From positions 2,542,001 to 2,606,000 of the forward strand of contig CDRNST010000051.1 of assembly GCA_977016875.1 (NCBI GenBank): DNA of 64,000 nt, written 5' to 3'. The notes beneath the pieces were generated by a model, which ran no database searches, was not told the origin of the DNA, and saw only the letters and a program-made list of their open reading frames with translations. The stretch is from Pavona decussata (Eukaryota). The position numbers and the translations under genes were made by a program. Below, in pieces: positions 46,901-61,000 of the stretch; positions within the stretch are counted from its first letter, which is position 1, and the number at the start of each line of letters is the position of its first letter.

Positions 46901-49900
46901 ATCACAACTGGTTTCGGCCACAAAAAGTCCAAAAAAGTGATAAAAAGCTAGGACGACTAACACAGGAGTGAGAAACAGTGAATGATTTGAAGAGAAGTGA
47001 CAAGTTCCAGATTGTAATAAACGATAGAACGTTCAAACAAGTTGGTTCAAAACTGCCGACGATATTACCAAATTACTGTAAGATTTCCGAGTGAACGTTC
47101 TATTTACCTATGCAGTGATTACTTATTGTTTTGAATTTCTTTTAGGTTGTGGAATTTATTAACTTGATTCCGGTCTTATACGGGCATATATCCACTGAAA
47201 GTGCATGAAATAGTGAAGCTTCTTTATATATTTTTAACGTTCTTTTGGGCTTGACATCAGTAAAAATTACTGATAACGGAGATATGATTTACCTTGAGCT
47301 TGGTACTTGAGATTGATAAGATAGGGTATCTCGAGGCATCACGAAAGATAAACGTGAAGTGTTTGTTAAAGGCAGCAAAGCCACTGAATCGCTTCCGACG
47401 TTAACCATCATGCTGCAAACATGCTATCTCAGTTACAAAGCAAACGCGTTAGACCTGAAAACTGAGGAGCAAATTTGAGTTTCTAAAACAACTCGAGTGC
47501 TTTATCGACAACGAGAAACACACATACAGCACCGCTTTGGTAATTACTAAGTCGAGGCAAACGTTCCATGAAGGTTTCAGCAATACACTGGCTAGCGTTT
47601 TGAACTAACGTGAAAGGTTGCCACGAAGAATGTTCAAGTTAGTTAAAAACAAAAACAATAAAACAAAGCAAAACGCACTAGAATTATAAGGAACACTCGA
47701 CCATTTCGTCTTCAGGGTCTGTAAACCTTTGCCCCTGTAGTTCAGATTACTCTTGACTCTTAGTCCGTCGATGAAACTCCAAATTGTGACCATTCAAATG
47801 AAAGCTACTGAGCATTACTGTTTACCGATATTACCGCGTGGTATTTTTCCTTGTTTTGATCAAAACGTAAAAGGCAATGAATCAACCGAGATATTTTAAA
47901 TTGTTTCTATGTACCGGCGACCAATGATGTAAAGAAAATCCGTCATTAGGGTATAACGTTAAATTTCTCCCCCCTTCGTTACCTTCCAGAGGAAAGATTT
48001 GTCTTTTGTCTTAAATTTTGGGCCCCGAAAAGTAAAAAAATTAACACGCCACTTTTTTCGCGTCAGGAATGTTCTCACGGTAAACATCGTCTATATGTCG
48101 TTAGCGTGGCTCAATCTTACATTTGGTTATCACAAAAGCTGATAATCTTCCTTTCAGTAATAATTTCATTCTTACCGGGTCACTGATAGTTTTAAGCAGG
48201 ACAGACCACCTATGTCACTTGAAGCCTCCAAACTGAAAGTGCTATCCGATTGATTCCGAGAACCGCGTCATTCACGCGACGATCCTAACTGAGAACACAA
48301 CGATTGCTGACTTAACTTCAGCAGACAACTGATGAAAAGCCCGGCGTTTTAGAAAGTTAATAAAACTGACGAGTGTTATAAAAGGTATTGATGTATTTGA
48401 ACAAAGTTAATCTTTATCCACACAGAGGAATTACAAATGAAAATTTTAATATGTGTTTTGTGTGCCCATATTAACTCATACATCTGGCGCCACTCAATTG
48501 AACACTACGTGTGAACTTAAGTGCGCACAATTCGGTTTTTCTTTGGCTATAAAGTTATATTTTGAGTGTAATGGACACTTAAAGAATAGTTGAACTCTTA
48601 TGTCTCTTTCAAGAGTTTACCTTTAGCCGTCGGGTTAATTTAACAAGATTACAGACCAAGCAAAGAAAATTCCTTTTTGATCAAAGGTACGTGGATTGTT
48701 AAACAAAGGGTTTTTTAAGTCCCGGATATTGTGGATGATTCCTTTCGAGACGTTTAGACCGCACAAAGAAAACAAAAATATATTATTCACACTATTTCAA
48801 TGACCGGCTTCCGGTTTTTATCACGGGACGGTCATGAGGGTCAACTGGATAATTCGCTTCTTAGCGCTGAGTCGGAAGTCAGTTTGGAGCTTTTCTCAGT
48901 TTTCCAGCGGAATTGTCGAGTTTGTCCCAGTTTGAGAACAATGCTTCTTTTTTATGTTGTTGTATTTCATTTTTTTTTTTTTTAATTATGATTTTTACTA
49001 AGTGTTTTGTACCGATCGCCTTCTACTGCCTTGAAGAAATCTGACAGATCAGAATGAATCCTCAGTAAACGGCGCGGAATTCCATCAAAAGAATCAAAAT
49101 TTTGAACCGCCTAGATTGCATTATCACGACTCAATGTTTGACTCACGGTTCTAAAATACTTGTTTCGCTGCTTGTTGTTGTTGTTTCAGTCAACGTGCTC
49201 TGCAGATCAATAAGGGACAAGATGATTTTCAACCAATCAGATACGAAACCACAGCCACTCAAGCTCGTGACTTGACTCGCCGCGAACCTTTTCCCGTGCT
49301 TGATGCCTGCTTCATGTTTTCCCTCGCTTGGCACCGGTTTCATGTTTTCCGCGCTTGACACAGGTTTCATTTTTCCCGCGCTTGGTGCAAGTTTAATGTT
49401 TTCCCCGCGCTTGCCACTGGTTTCAAGTTTTCCCGCGCTTGGCACCAGTTTACGTTGCCATTCCCCCGCGCTTGCCACCGGTTGTTTTAGCGTCAAGTTT
49501 GATTCGTGGCTAGTCGTTTGATAACTCTGGATTTAGTTTTGTGACTTTCACAGTTTCAGCCTGAAAATCTCTCAATGCCTCTCAATTAGTTAAGGGTTGC
49601 TTTTTTCTCTTTCACTTGTGAAACGCTTCGTTGAACGTCAACAACGTTTATGTTGAAGGCATAGAAACGTACTTATAACAACATGGGAGTAAAATAAAAG
49701 TCAATGTAGTTTCTCTATTTTTTTTTCTATTCTCTTCGTATAACAGGATCAAACAATGTTACGTTCAAGAAGCATTTCTTGCGCTGTGTACGTGATTCGG
49801 AAAACTAGGAAGTAAAAAGCTTTTGAGCTCAATTCAAACAAGTTGACATAAAATGGAAATTAAGAGGGATTAAGGAGCAAACAGTCACAAAAGAACACAA

Positions 49901-52900
49901 TAGATATTAGAAAGCCAGTAATAATCATTCGTAAAAGCAACACGCGGTATGTTTTCGTATGTCTGTCAGTCTCTGTTTTCTGTAACGTCAGCACCCAGTA
50001 ACCCTTTTATTTTCAAACACCGCGTAAGTTGAAATCTGAACAAAATCCTCAAATTTCATTTCGAAACAACAGTAAAACGAAGAGTACCGCAAGGAAGTTC
50101 TCTCCAAAAGCTTTCATTTGAATGGTCACACTGTAGGAATTTTGCCACGCACTCCGCGTATTCAAATTCTCTAGTTTTGACTCTACGCGGGGAGAATGCA
50201 ATTGCTATGACGCTATGAAGGGCCTGTTCTTATTCGAAGGGTCACCCGAAGGCAAGGCAGTAGTCAGATTGGTTCATTAAGTCAGGAACATTCGGATACC
50301 AGGATGTTTAGTACACACTCGATTATTCATGACCAAATGTCATAAGCAATTTATGGTTCACTCTGACCAATTGTTCATAAGAAGACACGAGGACCACCTA
50401 ACTGAATTGACGCATGCGCTGCACTATCTCTCTTACCACTCCGAACGTACAACGACCTTAGATGTTGACGAAAACCACGAAAAGGAATTTTTTTTAATCC
50501 CACTGACCAAGATATTTGCAGTTTCAATGAATCCTTTATCTAGTCACGTAGTGCCTAAGAGCTAAAAAGCTCGTTCATAATTCGTACGTGTTACTGCAAC
50601 CGAAATCTCACTAAACCGCCTTTTGTTACCAACTAAGACAATTTTAGGCAGTAAACTTGAAAGGAGCTGACGTGAAAGCAAGCTTAACCTGAATAGCTTA
50701 ACGAGGTGAAAAGGAAAAACAATTAACTTTCTTTCCCTCGCGCGCCGCGCTCGTATCTCGCGCTTCGCGCTAAGCTAGATAAACACCCGTTAGCAGGCTA
50801 TACCTTCCTTCCTTATTCAGTCGCTATACGTTGACTTAAGAAATTCACATTGCGCAGCCTTCAAAAGGTCGCAGATACTCAAAAGTGTTTCTACTTTAAG
50901 GATCTTGCTGAAAAACAGCTATATTTATCACTTAATGAAAAAGATTGAATACTTTTGTTTCTTTGGGAATAAATATGTATTCAGCAAAGCCGTGATAACA
51001 TAAACAGTCTACTTTATCCATTAGTTTAGATTTGATTAAAAAATCCTCTCAACCGTAGCGAATCAGCGAGCATGTTGTTCAACTGAAGCGAAGATTTGTT
51101 ATTTTATTCTTTGGTGGTAAGCACCGAAATAGAAACCTCTTAGAAAGTACAAGACGTGCAAAAAGGTCGCAGTGAATGCTTTGAGAGAAAATAACGCAGT
51201 TAAGTTGGTCGCGCATTTAAAAAATATTCCAACATTTAGCATATTTTCATTGCTGGCGGCGAAAACACAGTCTTGTATAAAAAGATAACCCATGGAGTTT
51301 GGTCCGACGAATCAAAAACAATCATACGATACATATTAATTAGATTCTTTCGTTTGATGTTTTTAATCAAGAAAACTATTCAAACTATGCTGTTGACGAG
51401 TTATTACAACCTGGTACAGATGTTGCAGGCGAGCTACAATACTGACCCCATGGAAGATATTCCGCCGGGGTCCATGTTTGTGCACGCTAAACTGGCTTTA
51501 TTAAACATGAATTGCAACGAAAAAATGAAGGCTGCAAACGACAGAAAAACGAGAAATCGTTCACTGTTTGAAAAATTGCAAAAGAGCACTGACGGATAGA
51601 GACAAGTCGACTGCAAAACTTGAAGCGGCTGAACTCCGAAAACGCCATTTGAAGGCGTTGCTAGCGCGCCTTAACGCTGTGAAAATTGAGTTACGATATA
51701 ATCAGCAAGGTCAGGTTGATAAGTGGTTCCTCTCCTAATACACCGTGAAAGTTTATCTCAACTCAAAGTTCAGTCAAAAAGGGTTACACGGCTGCGTGTT
51801 TGTCACGTGCCGCCAAAAATTGATTAACATTAAAATTATTTCTTGTGCCGTGAACCCACAAGTCTCAGAGAAATGGACGGCGCTCGAATTTTTTGTCGTG
51901 TCGCGAATTTTCACAGGTTGCGCGGCCGTGGTTCTATGAGTCTTTGTAAATAGTCTTTGTATTAGATGTACGGCACAGGTGAAGGCTAACCTTAGCCTCT
52001 TGTTTGTTACTAATAACAAGATTTCAGAAGCGAAGCACGCATTGCGCTGATTTCTAGCTGGACCGGATTTCCATTCAAATCCCTGCAGTGGTGCGCTGAT
52101 ACGCGAAGCTGCCATTTCCCTTACCAAGCGAGCGAACCAGCTCTCGTAGGATGCTACGTTTCCTGCACGGAGGCTGTTTACTCAGAAGGATTCAACTCTG
52201 TAAAAACCGTTGGGCCTGAGCATAAGTAGTAAAACAAAAACACCTAATAATTTGCTATCACGCATGACTAATTTGTAGAAACAACAATAGCTCTCTGCCC
52301 GTCGTAGAGGCTTCTGTGGTTAAATCTCGAATAGCTTTTTCTCGTTCTCCGAGCAGAACGGAGAAAGAGAGGATGAACCCCTGGTTTTCCACTTCGTTTT
52401 CTGAAGGAGCCTGAGCATACGAGAGAAAAAGAGTTGAGGGAGCTTACTACAAATTAGTCAAGCGTGATAAAAAAAAAATATGCTGTGGTTTGTTGGCTAT
52501 CGATGTCAATACGAGAGAGAAAGAGTTGAGGGAGCTTACTACAAATTAGTCAAGCGTGATAAAAAAAATATACTGTGGTTTGTTGGCTATCGATGTCAAG
52601 TTTAGGAGTTCAGGTCTCATTACAAGGAAATGAAATCCTCTAAAATATCTGAAAGGGGCCAGCTGGGCCCATTTGTATGATAGATGCGTTGCATAGCGTT
52701 CTAAAGTCCTCTCATTTCTCTCCTCTCAGTGGAAATTTTAACACTAAATTAATTGTCATTTTTGAGCTAAAGCTTGCTAAAAAGACGGCGAAAATTTGGT
52801 CACTAGACATGACGCAACTCAACTGCAATTACGTCATGTTAACCCTTATAAAAGTAACTATTTGTAACACTGTGTGATTTCGCAATCGGCAACATAATCT

Positions 52901-55073
52901 GCTAATAGAATAAGCAATAAAAATGTTTACACGACAAACACTTCTTGTTTGTAAAGCTACCAAAACTCAAGAGACCTACATGAAAACGCTTTGAAGGCAC
53001 GCGATCGTTTAAAAGGGAAGTAAACGTGTTTTTGAGCGTCTAAAGTTCATTTTTAGCATGAACTCGTTTATTATGCCGCCGTTGGGAAAGCTTTCCTGTC
53101 CATGACTATGTTACTGAATGTCCCTGTACCATAGAGGCCCCACATTAACTGAACATTCACTGAGCGCGTTTGTATAAACAACCATCTCGCTAAAGCGGCC
53201 AGTGTTTGTCACCGTTTAGTCAGGTTTCACTAAGTCAAGTGTGCTGAGTTTAGAATCTCCCACAGACCAATCATTTCTCCGGCCACAATCGACCACTTTT
53301 TCCGGCACTAGGGTGCTAGTTGTTTAATTTTTTTAAAATTTTGAAGATACTCGACCTTAAACATCCCAGTACATACCTTGCCTTTCCTCGCCTGTGCATT
53401 ATAGGAGAGCCAATGTAGTTATCCCCGTGCGGCAGATCAGCCACTGCATCTCTTCTCGGTCGACCCTGCCTGACGCCATTTGTCCGGCTCAAACACGCTA
53501 TAGGCTCGGAGCCACGTCTTCGATCCAACATTCGCGAACTGATGTTTGGCGGCACTGAGCTAACACTGCCGCTTAGAGACTGAGGAGGTTTAACCGACGG
53601 CTTGAACACCAGTCTTGTGTTCTGCGGAGAGCCAGGCGCGCTCTTTGTGACAAGTTTGTCATCATGAGGAGTCGGACTCAGTTTTTGATTCGACGCGGGA
53701 GAATTCGGCGTGCTGTTGGTGCGCGCAATGGCTTGCTTCAATTTCCTCATCTGTCCGGTCGACGCAGATGAGCTTAGCAAGTTTCCACTCGTTTTATTTA
53801 CCAGCATTTGGCTTTCTAACGGCGGAAGGTGGTTATCATTTCCATCAACTTCCTCATCTTCTAAACTTATGCTAACCTGAGGGTAGCGCACCGTTCTTGC
53901 GCTTTTTGGCCGGACAAATCTCCGTCGAAGAAGGTGTTGATTTGGCGCTAAGTTGAGGGTTTGCGGTCGTTCAAGCCTAGGAGAAAGGTTTGACGCTTCA
54001 TCGGCAGAACTGTCTGACGAGCTAGGGCTAGCTTCTCGTTCTTTCCTGTGACTGTTGTTGACATCAGGCTTGTCAACCGGCGATAAGCCGTCTCGTTGAA
54101 TCACGCCAACCTCAGATTTTCGCGGATTTGGGGGCGTACCCTGCTGGGCCAATTTCAAGTCGATTGCATAACTAAGGCCTTCGTCAGACGCACACTCGGT
54201 GATTACAAGTTCCTCAAGAGCCGTATTTTTCACCTCTGTGTTGTTGTTTTCGTGAACTTTCCATGTTCCTTCCGGGGCAGTGTTCTCGTTTTCCGTTATT
54301 CGGCTCTCCTCCGAAGAGTCATCTGAATCGACTGATCCACACTCCTCGTTCACATCAATCCCAGATTCCGCAGAGCTTCGCTCCTCTCTGTCACCCTTTT
54401 CATGATACATGTATTTATAGAGCAATCTTTCCGTATCGTGATGATTTAATCTCCGCGCAATATCTATCGGAGTCTCTCTGTTGGTATCAAGCATAGTTAA
54501 TATCTCCTTCGATGGTTTGATCAAATATTTGGCCACAAACTCTACACAGTTTACTTTCCCACTTGCCGCGGCGGCGTGAAATAGATTCCTACCCGCCTCC
54601 GTGGTTGCATGCTGATCGAGCTGTATGTCCAGTGCTTTTAGCCTGTCCAGAAGATGTTCATGGCCGCGGCAACAGGCGATGAAATAACCGACGAATAACC
54701 TTTCTTCCTTGCTAATTTGTTGCATGGGAAGCTTAGCCCTTCGGCAAACGTTATCGATTTCATTGTTCAAGGAAACGCAAATAAACTTGTTCCACCACAC
54801 GGGCACTTGAAAGACAATAACATCATCGATCGTTTGAACAACATCTGTGAGAGGAGACCAGTCGTTCAGCTCAACACCAGGATTCTCCAACGCACTGACT
54901 TGCTGCAGATGGCATGGGATCCCAAACTGCAACTCGCAACCCACCTTCAAGTCGCGAACGGTTGCGTTTTTATCACCAACCGCAATCTTTTCTGTTGATC
55001 CATTAGGCAACTCGATTATTACCGCTGGGTTTGCATCACTCTCTGAATGTTGCGCACCACGATGGTTCGTCAT
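43913..55073 (-). CDS. Ubiquitin-like + ankyrin-repeat protein (ANKRD60/ANKUB1-like) with C-terminal W-rich coiled coil, paralog 3 (~777 aa, ~8.8-kb intron)
   Basis: Exons 55073-53377 and 44549-43913 with a phase-2 intron (ag|gtatgt ... tttcgtag|a). An optional 57-nt exon 48232-48176 is possible. ERLFVGYFIACCRGH, GRNLFHAAAASG and ETPIDIARRLNH closely resemble ANKRD60. The terminal exon carries RPWNAW and WLxxK repeats. Confidence 0.75.
49285..49485. repeat. ~30-bp tandem repeat (tttcccgcgcttggcaccggtt) of a dispersed repeat family
   Basis: About 6-7 degenerate units. A related single unit lies at ~21984-22010. Confidence 0.8.
52422..52599. repeat. Two-copy ~90-bp tandem duplication
   Basis: agagaaaa(a)gagttgagggagcttactacaaattagtcaagcgtgat...gctatcgatgtcaa occurs at ~52422-52509 and ~52514-52599. 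Confidence 0.9.
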
Positions 55074-58000
55074 CTTGATCTCGCAGCGACTTAAAATACC
55101 TTTCTGCTTCTTTGCTATTGAAGAAATGTTACTCAACTGAATCTACCGTGCTCTGTGACTATATAGGATCGAGCATCACGTACAGGCAGGTTTGTTGTAA
55201 GCTACACCGCCTCTGTGTACTCTAGCTATTTGTAGCCCCTTGTGAGTTCACTCGCCCCTTTGTATTGCACCGCGAGTCACGTAACCGCAAAGTGTGACGC
55301 TGTCGATAATTTTTCCGTTTACCGTTTCCGGTGGTTGACCAATTAACGTCAAGGCCTAGTCTACCTTTAACAAACTGGAAATCTGAGCCTTTATTCGCTC
55401 ATTATATTTCTCAGCCCATTTCCGTGTCGACCGGTCCATATCAGCAATAATCAAATTAACTTGCTTTTTTTTTTGGTGTTGCCAAGTTTGTTCACTGGAC
55501 GGTCTCGCACAGAGGGTCTGGGGTGTGTTATTTGTCTTATGCGATCTATAAGCCGCTTACGGATCACGAAAGATGTCAGATATGTTTTGCTTCTCCAGCT
55601 CAGTCTTGTTTTTATTGGAGTCCCTGCCGTGATTTGATATCAAAATATACAAGATTAGCAGTTCACGAAAATATTACGAGGTCAGATATGTTTGTTGTTT
55701 TTTACTGACATCGGTGTTTTTATTTCGTGAGTCCGTGATTTCCCTGGAGTTGCCTTGTACTTTAATTGATTTCAGTTAAGTTTAAGCTTATAATTTCGTG
55801 ACATTTACTGAGAGTTTTTCACCCAACTATGTAAAGTTCTAAGATATTGCCGTTCTAGATAAAACGTTCACGTAGGTGTCGTTTTACGTACACGGACGAT
55901 GAAAGCTTTCCTTTTGATTTATGAGAAAGCAGTTCATTAACCGGCTTAAAAATGTGACTTTTTAATCTGTCCTTTAAGTGGCTTTCCAATTATCATTCAG
56001 TTTAATATAAATGATTTAACCTTAGAGTTTATCACGAATCATTGTTCCTAGTGTTTAGTTAACTTCTGACGTGATCGTTTCGTTGTGTTCTTTTGTTCCT
56101 TATATTGACTTGAGAATTCAGTGGCTTTATAAATCCTTTCACCAATTATGGCGTCAGTACTTCTGAAACATGAGTGACGTCAGCGAGGCGCTAATATCGC
56201 TTGCTAATATCAGTGTCAAATGGTATATTTTAGGTGGCAAGACTTATGATGTTAATGACCGCAAATTAGCTTATCCCTTTCTTAAAATAACATCCTTTTT
56301 GAACCTGTCAAAATCGAAAGAAGTGTTGGGCTTTACGTCGTACGTGATCAACTGATCCCCAACACAACGACTTCCCACGTATGACTACAACCAAGTTCTT
56401 TCGTCTTTCGATCTTATTAATCCTTTACTGTCATTATATTTGCCTTCTATAATGCGGTAAAAATAAATTGCGGCTTCTTTTGCAAGCCCTCGTCCGTCAA
56501 ACACATGATCTGTTCTTGTTGACTGAGAGGGTCAGGTTTTATGCTCTTTTGTATCCTTCCCAGCGTTTCTGCGCTCTATTGTGAGTGATTTCAGAGAAAG
56601 CAAGCCATTCTTCATAGTATTTAAGACAAGTAGAGATTGCGCCCGGCGTGTTTAATCAGTGTAGAACCTCCTTTTGTATCAAAACAACGAAATGCACAAG
56701 CAAATATTTTATCTCAGTTTTCATCAAGACTATTATAAAATAACAGCCACTTGGGCTCAATTATCGCGCTTGGAGGGACTAAAATAATAAATGGTATTTC
56801 ACGTCCATATGACTTTGTGCCTGTACTTGTCACGATTCATAGAGGTTGAAAAACAAGGCGGCAAATCATACACTCAGTAATTTCAACAGCCTACTGAAAA
56901 CAGGACACAACAAGCTGGCAGGAGTAAGCACGAGTTCTCTTTGGTTGAATATCCGTTTCTGGAAAGCCACGAGATTGACTGTAATGAAAAACTGACGTCT
57001 TTGATGAAATGCCACCTCATGCCCTTTCGTGGTATGCGAAAAGTAATTCCATTCGTTTTCGAAGGGACGAAAAGGGTTAAAATGAAAAATAATGTTAGCT
57101 AGAAGTTTCAGAAATCCAAGAGCAGCTCGTAAATTCGGTGGATAGGATGCTGTTCGCTGTGTGAACGCTGTGTGGATGCCTTTAATTTAATTAATGCCCC
57201 AAAACCAATCCTAAAAACCAAAACGACTGTTGAAGGACTTTTCTTAGTTAAATTTGGACTCCACTGAAAGTGACTTCTCGTCCAATTTTTTCGGCACTTC
57301 CTGTGGATAAATTCTCTCTAAAAGTATGCAGATCAATACGTCATCAATGTAAGGCATGGCTCTCCCTTTGCTGCGGTAATCCAACAATTCCGGTTCAGAA
57401 AAGCAACTTATATAATGAAGGAAAATGCAATGGTGTCAACCTTTCCCCGTCTCACGACATTGAAAAGACTTCAACAATTACTTAACTGCGAAAGAAAGCA
57501 TTCGCAGTAATTTTGAACAATTCTTTCGATACAATAGCACTCATGATTAAGGAACACTTTGTCGTATATAATTATTTGCACGGGTTCAGAGTTGTAGTTC
57601 TCGAGCAGACGTTTAGAATGTTATCAAAGGGGAGTATCATAGGGTTTTTGGAATCTTTTGTTAAAAATAATGAAACAAGACCTTCAATCAGCTGCCAAAT
57701 AATTCTAGATTTACGAGAGGAAAGAAATAAACTCAATTCTTGAAAGGAACAACCCATGATATGTTCTGGCGCATTTTGGAAACAAAAATGCGAGAACTTG
57801 AAAAACATAAGCCTAACATTTTTCAAGTGAGTTCAATCCATACTGGCCTACTCTGTCGCTAACCAGAGGCACTAATCGACAGTTTTATTGCACTGGGGTG
57901 ATAATTTATAACAAATTTGACAATTATTTCTTTGTTTCTGCTGACAGACAAACATTTTTGGGTTTTGAAATGACAGAAAATTTGCGTGATACTTGCCCTT

Positions 58001-61000
58001 TAAATTATTATAGAATGTTATGTTGAACAGTTCAAGGAAGTTTTCACACAGAACAACCCTCGTGTCTAGCGCTAAAGCTCGGTCTTGTGGTAAGTTGTCA
58101 CAAGTATGTGATGACAAAGAAATAAAACACGGTCCCGGACGGGAGTGGCACCTATGACCTTCCGAAAATCGGGCGGATGCAGTGAACATTTTAACTTCAG
58201 GGAGAACTGTGGTGAGTCTCCCACTAAGGACTATTAATGTTACCTTTAATTTGTAGTGTCATTCTTGTGACCAGGTGAAGCCGGCTTTTGTGTACATTTA
58301 GTATCCTATCGGCCTTTGTTATTAACTGAAGCAAACGAGACATTTTGATCATTTATACCACTTGCATTTACCACTTAGCACGCTACCCCGCAACTTTGAG
58401 GATTTAATATTGGCTGGTATCATTACTGATCCTAGAATAATACAAGACATCATTCAGATCTTTTACTGATTTCAATTACTTTCATGATCGTACAGAGAGA
58501 AAAGCAGTGGTACTAATGCATATTTATAGCATAACCAGCTCTATACTTTCTATAACTCCATGCATAGAATGCTTTGGACATAACTGATATCTACCCACAG
58601 TACAGAGGACGCGTGTTGCATACGAATCCAGTGAACGACGTAGACTTGGTTCACCCCGACGGTTACCTCTAGGTCTGTCAGGTTAAAACATCTGACGGTG
58701 CGTCCTTTCTTTCTCCTCTCTGTGACACAGGCATGCTATGAAAAACTACAACATTATTCTCTCCTCGGCTCAGGACGGAAAATTTTTCAAGAAATTATTT
58801 TGTAAGACAATAGGAAAATCAATTAGCACGAGGAATTTAAATAGACAAAAATCGAACTCTTTTCTACAGTCCGGCAAAACCCGCCAAAGGAAGAACTTTA
58901 CTAGTGATAAACCAAAATTTGGCGTGTGAAAACTAACCGAGCAAGTCCTGCCTTTCAGAAAAAGTCTCGTCCATTATTCTTAGCTTCACAGTGCAGGCTA
59001 AAAATATAACGGCGAGTTGACTTCTTGGCCAATTTTTCAGTCCTTTGTTTGAGAATATTTACCTTTGAAAATATGCGAATTCAGTACAAATCCTAATTGG
59101 AGGTTCAGTTACTGATTAGGCTGCAGACGTAACCGCAATCCGATAATTCCGTTTTGAAAACCAGAACTAATCTGTAACGGAAAACGCTACTGTGGTCCAA
59201 CTTTCTTTGGTCCCTGAGTCGATAGACAGTTTTAATTTAAAGCTTTTTTATAATTAGCTGTATAGTCTGCATGTATATCCGCTCTGAGGTCAACTTAATG
59301 AAACTTTCAATCAAATAAAGGTGACCACAGGGTCGGACAAATGCGCGACGATTCCTCAGTGCGGCATGCCTGGGGGGGCCTAAGAGAGCAGAGTGCTATG
59401 CCAGAGTTAAACCAGAGAGGTTTCACAGTCAGTTATAAGCCAAGCTTTGTCTGATATATTTGCCTGTTATGCATTGATATATTACTGGTCGCATAATGAT
59501 ATGAAGCCAGTCTTGTTTAAAAGCCGGGACAGGGTTACTTGTAATGCGTATTTCTGTCTATCAGCTCTCGATTCAAAGCATTGAACTTAAAAACTTTGCT
59601 CTTCCGTAGAGCAAAGATATCGAATATATGCTCACAGGAAAGCAAACCTTCATAGGTTCAAAGCAGTTTTTTAAGGCTCAATGAGCGCATTAATGCTTGA
59701 AAAAAGTTCAACGTTTCAGTTAGTTGTAATCCGTTTCCATCCTAGCCATTTGTGTTACCCGTCAAACGTTTGAGTTCACTAGTTTAGTTTATTTAGTTTT
59801 AACAAAACCGGACCAAATAACGTTTCCAATAACGATAGAAATATGTGATACTAAAAATAGCTAGCTAGCATAATATACCTTTCTTTCAAAGGATTACATC
59901 TCGACTGGATATAATTCAGTTGTAAAGGGGATTTCGAGAAAGCGAGCTTCGCACTAACCCTGTTTCAGACCATAGTGAATCCAAATGATTGAATTGCTGA
60001 ACCATGTTGAAAGTCAACTGGCCCTAAAATGCCCCCTCCCCCAAATTCCTTTCAGGGAAATTATAATCTCTTTCAGAAATTGAAAGAAGACGAGCACTCA
60101 AGTATACCCTTATTTTAAAGTATTTTCTGCATTGCAAATTTTATTTATTTTTATATCAATATTTCTTTATCTTTTTTAGTTCTATAGTTCCCTTCTCTAT
60201 CGCAGCGTCTCAGTTCCCCGTCTTTATTACTTGTCGTAAATCGAATAGACGTCTTTTTATAATCATATTTTTATAGAACTTGTAAGTATGCAGTTAAACA
60301 AACATTATCAAAATGACTTAAACCTATACTTGTACCCCAAAACGCTAGAAAAGGGGATTCCTTTTGCGCCGTACACAACCATGCAGTCTAAAGTTTCAAT
60401 AATGGTGGCCTGGCACGCCTCTTATGCACCGTTCTTCATATTGACCTCTTATTGCTTCATAGTATTTTTCTGTAAAGTTCTCGTAGGATAAATTCTTGTT
60501 TGAAACCACTCATGTTGGGTTCTACAAAAATGTTCTGAAAAAAGACGTAACGACGCGACCAGCCATCTTTCCCAGCATTATTTTCATCAATGTGCTTCGA
60601 ACGAATTTCGTTTGAAAACATGCGAGGTCAAAAAATCTCATCAAGGATTTAATGACTGGAAGTACAGGATTCCCTGTTTTAATTTCTCATTGTAATCCGA
60701 TAATTCCGGATGAAGACGAAACTAATATGAGAGAAAACTGGGAGGACACCGGCGATGAACCAACTTTCTCAAACGACAGTGACGCTAAATACTGCTCAGT
60801 TCTCTTGTGTAAACAATCGAAACTTGAACTGTCTCAATAAGGTAGAATTATCCAAATAAGCTGGGTTTGTTTGTTTCAAATTCCATTATTCCAGAAAGGG
60901 CCCTAGATTAAGGAAAAACGATTATAATTAAAACATATTATGAGAAAAAATGTTAACGAACATGACTGTAAACAAGTCTGGAAGCAATACAAGGAGATGT

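Noticed and set aside
49147-49199. Candidate internal exon of paralog 3 (ctgcag|...|gtgagt on the minus strand)
   Set aside because: It is 53 nt long and has an in-frame TGA in the required phase.
49143-49521. ORFs with KPVPSAG-like repeats
   Set aside because: Translation of a non-coding ~30-bp tandem repeat family.
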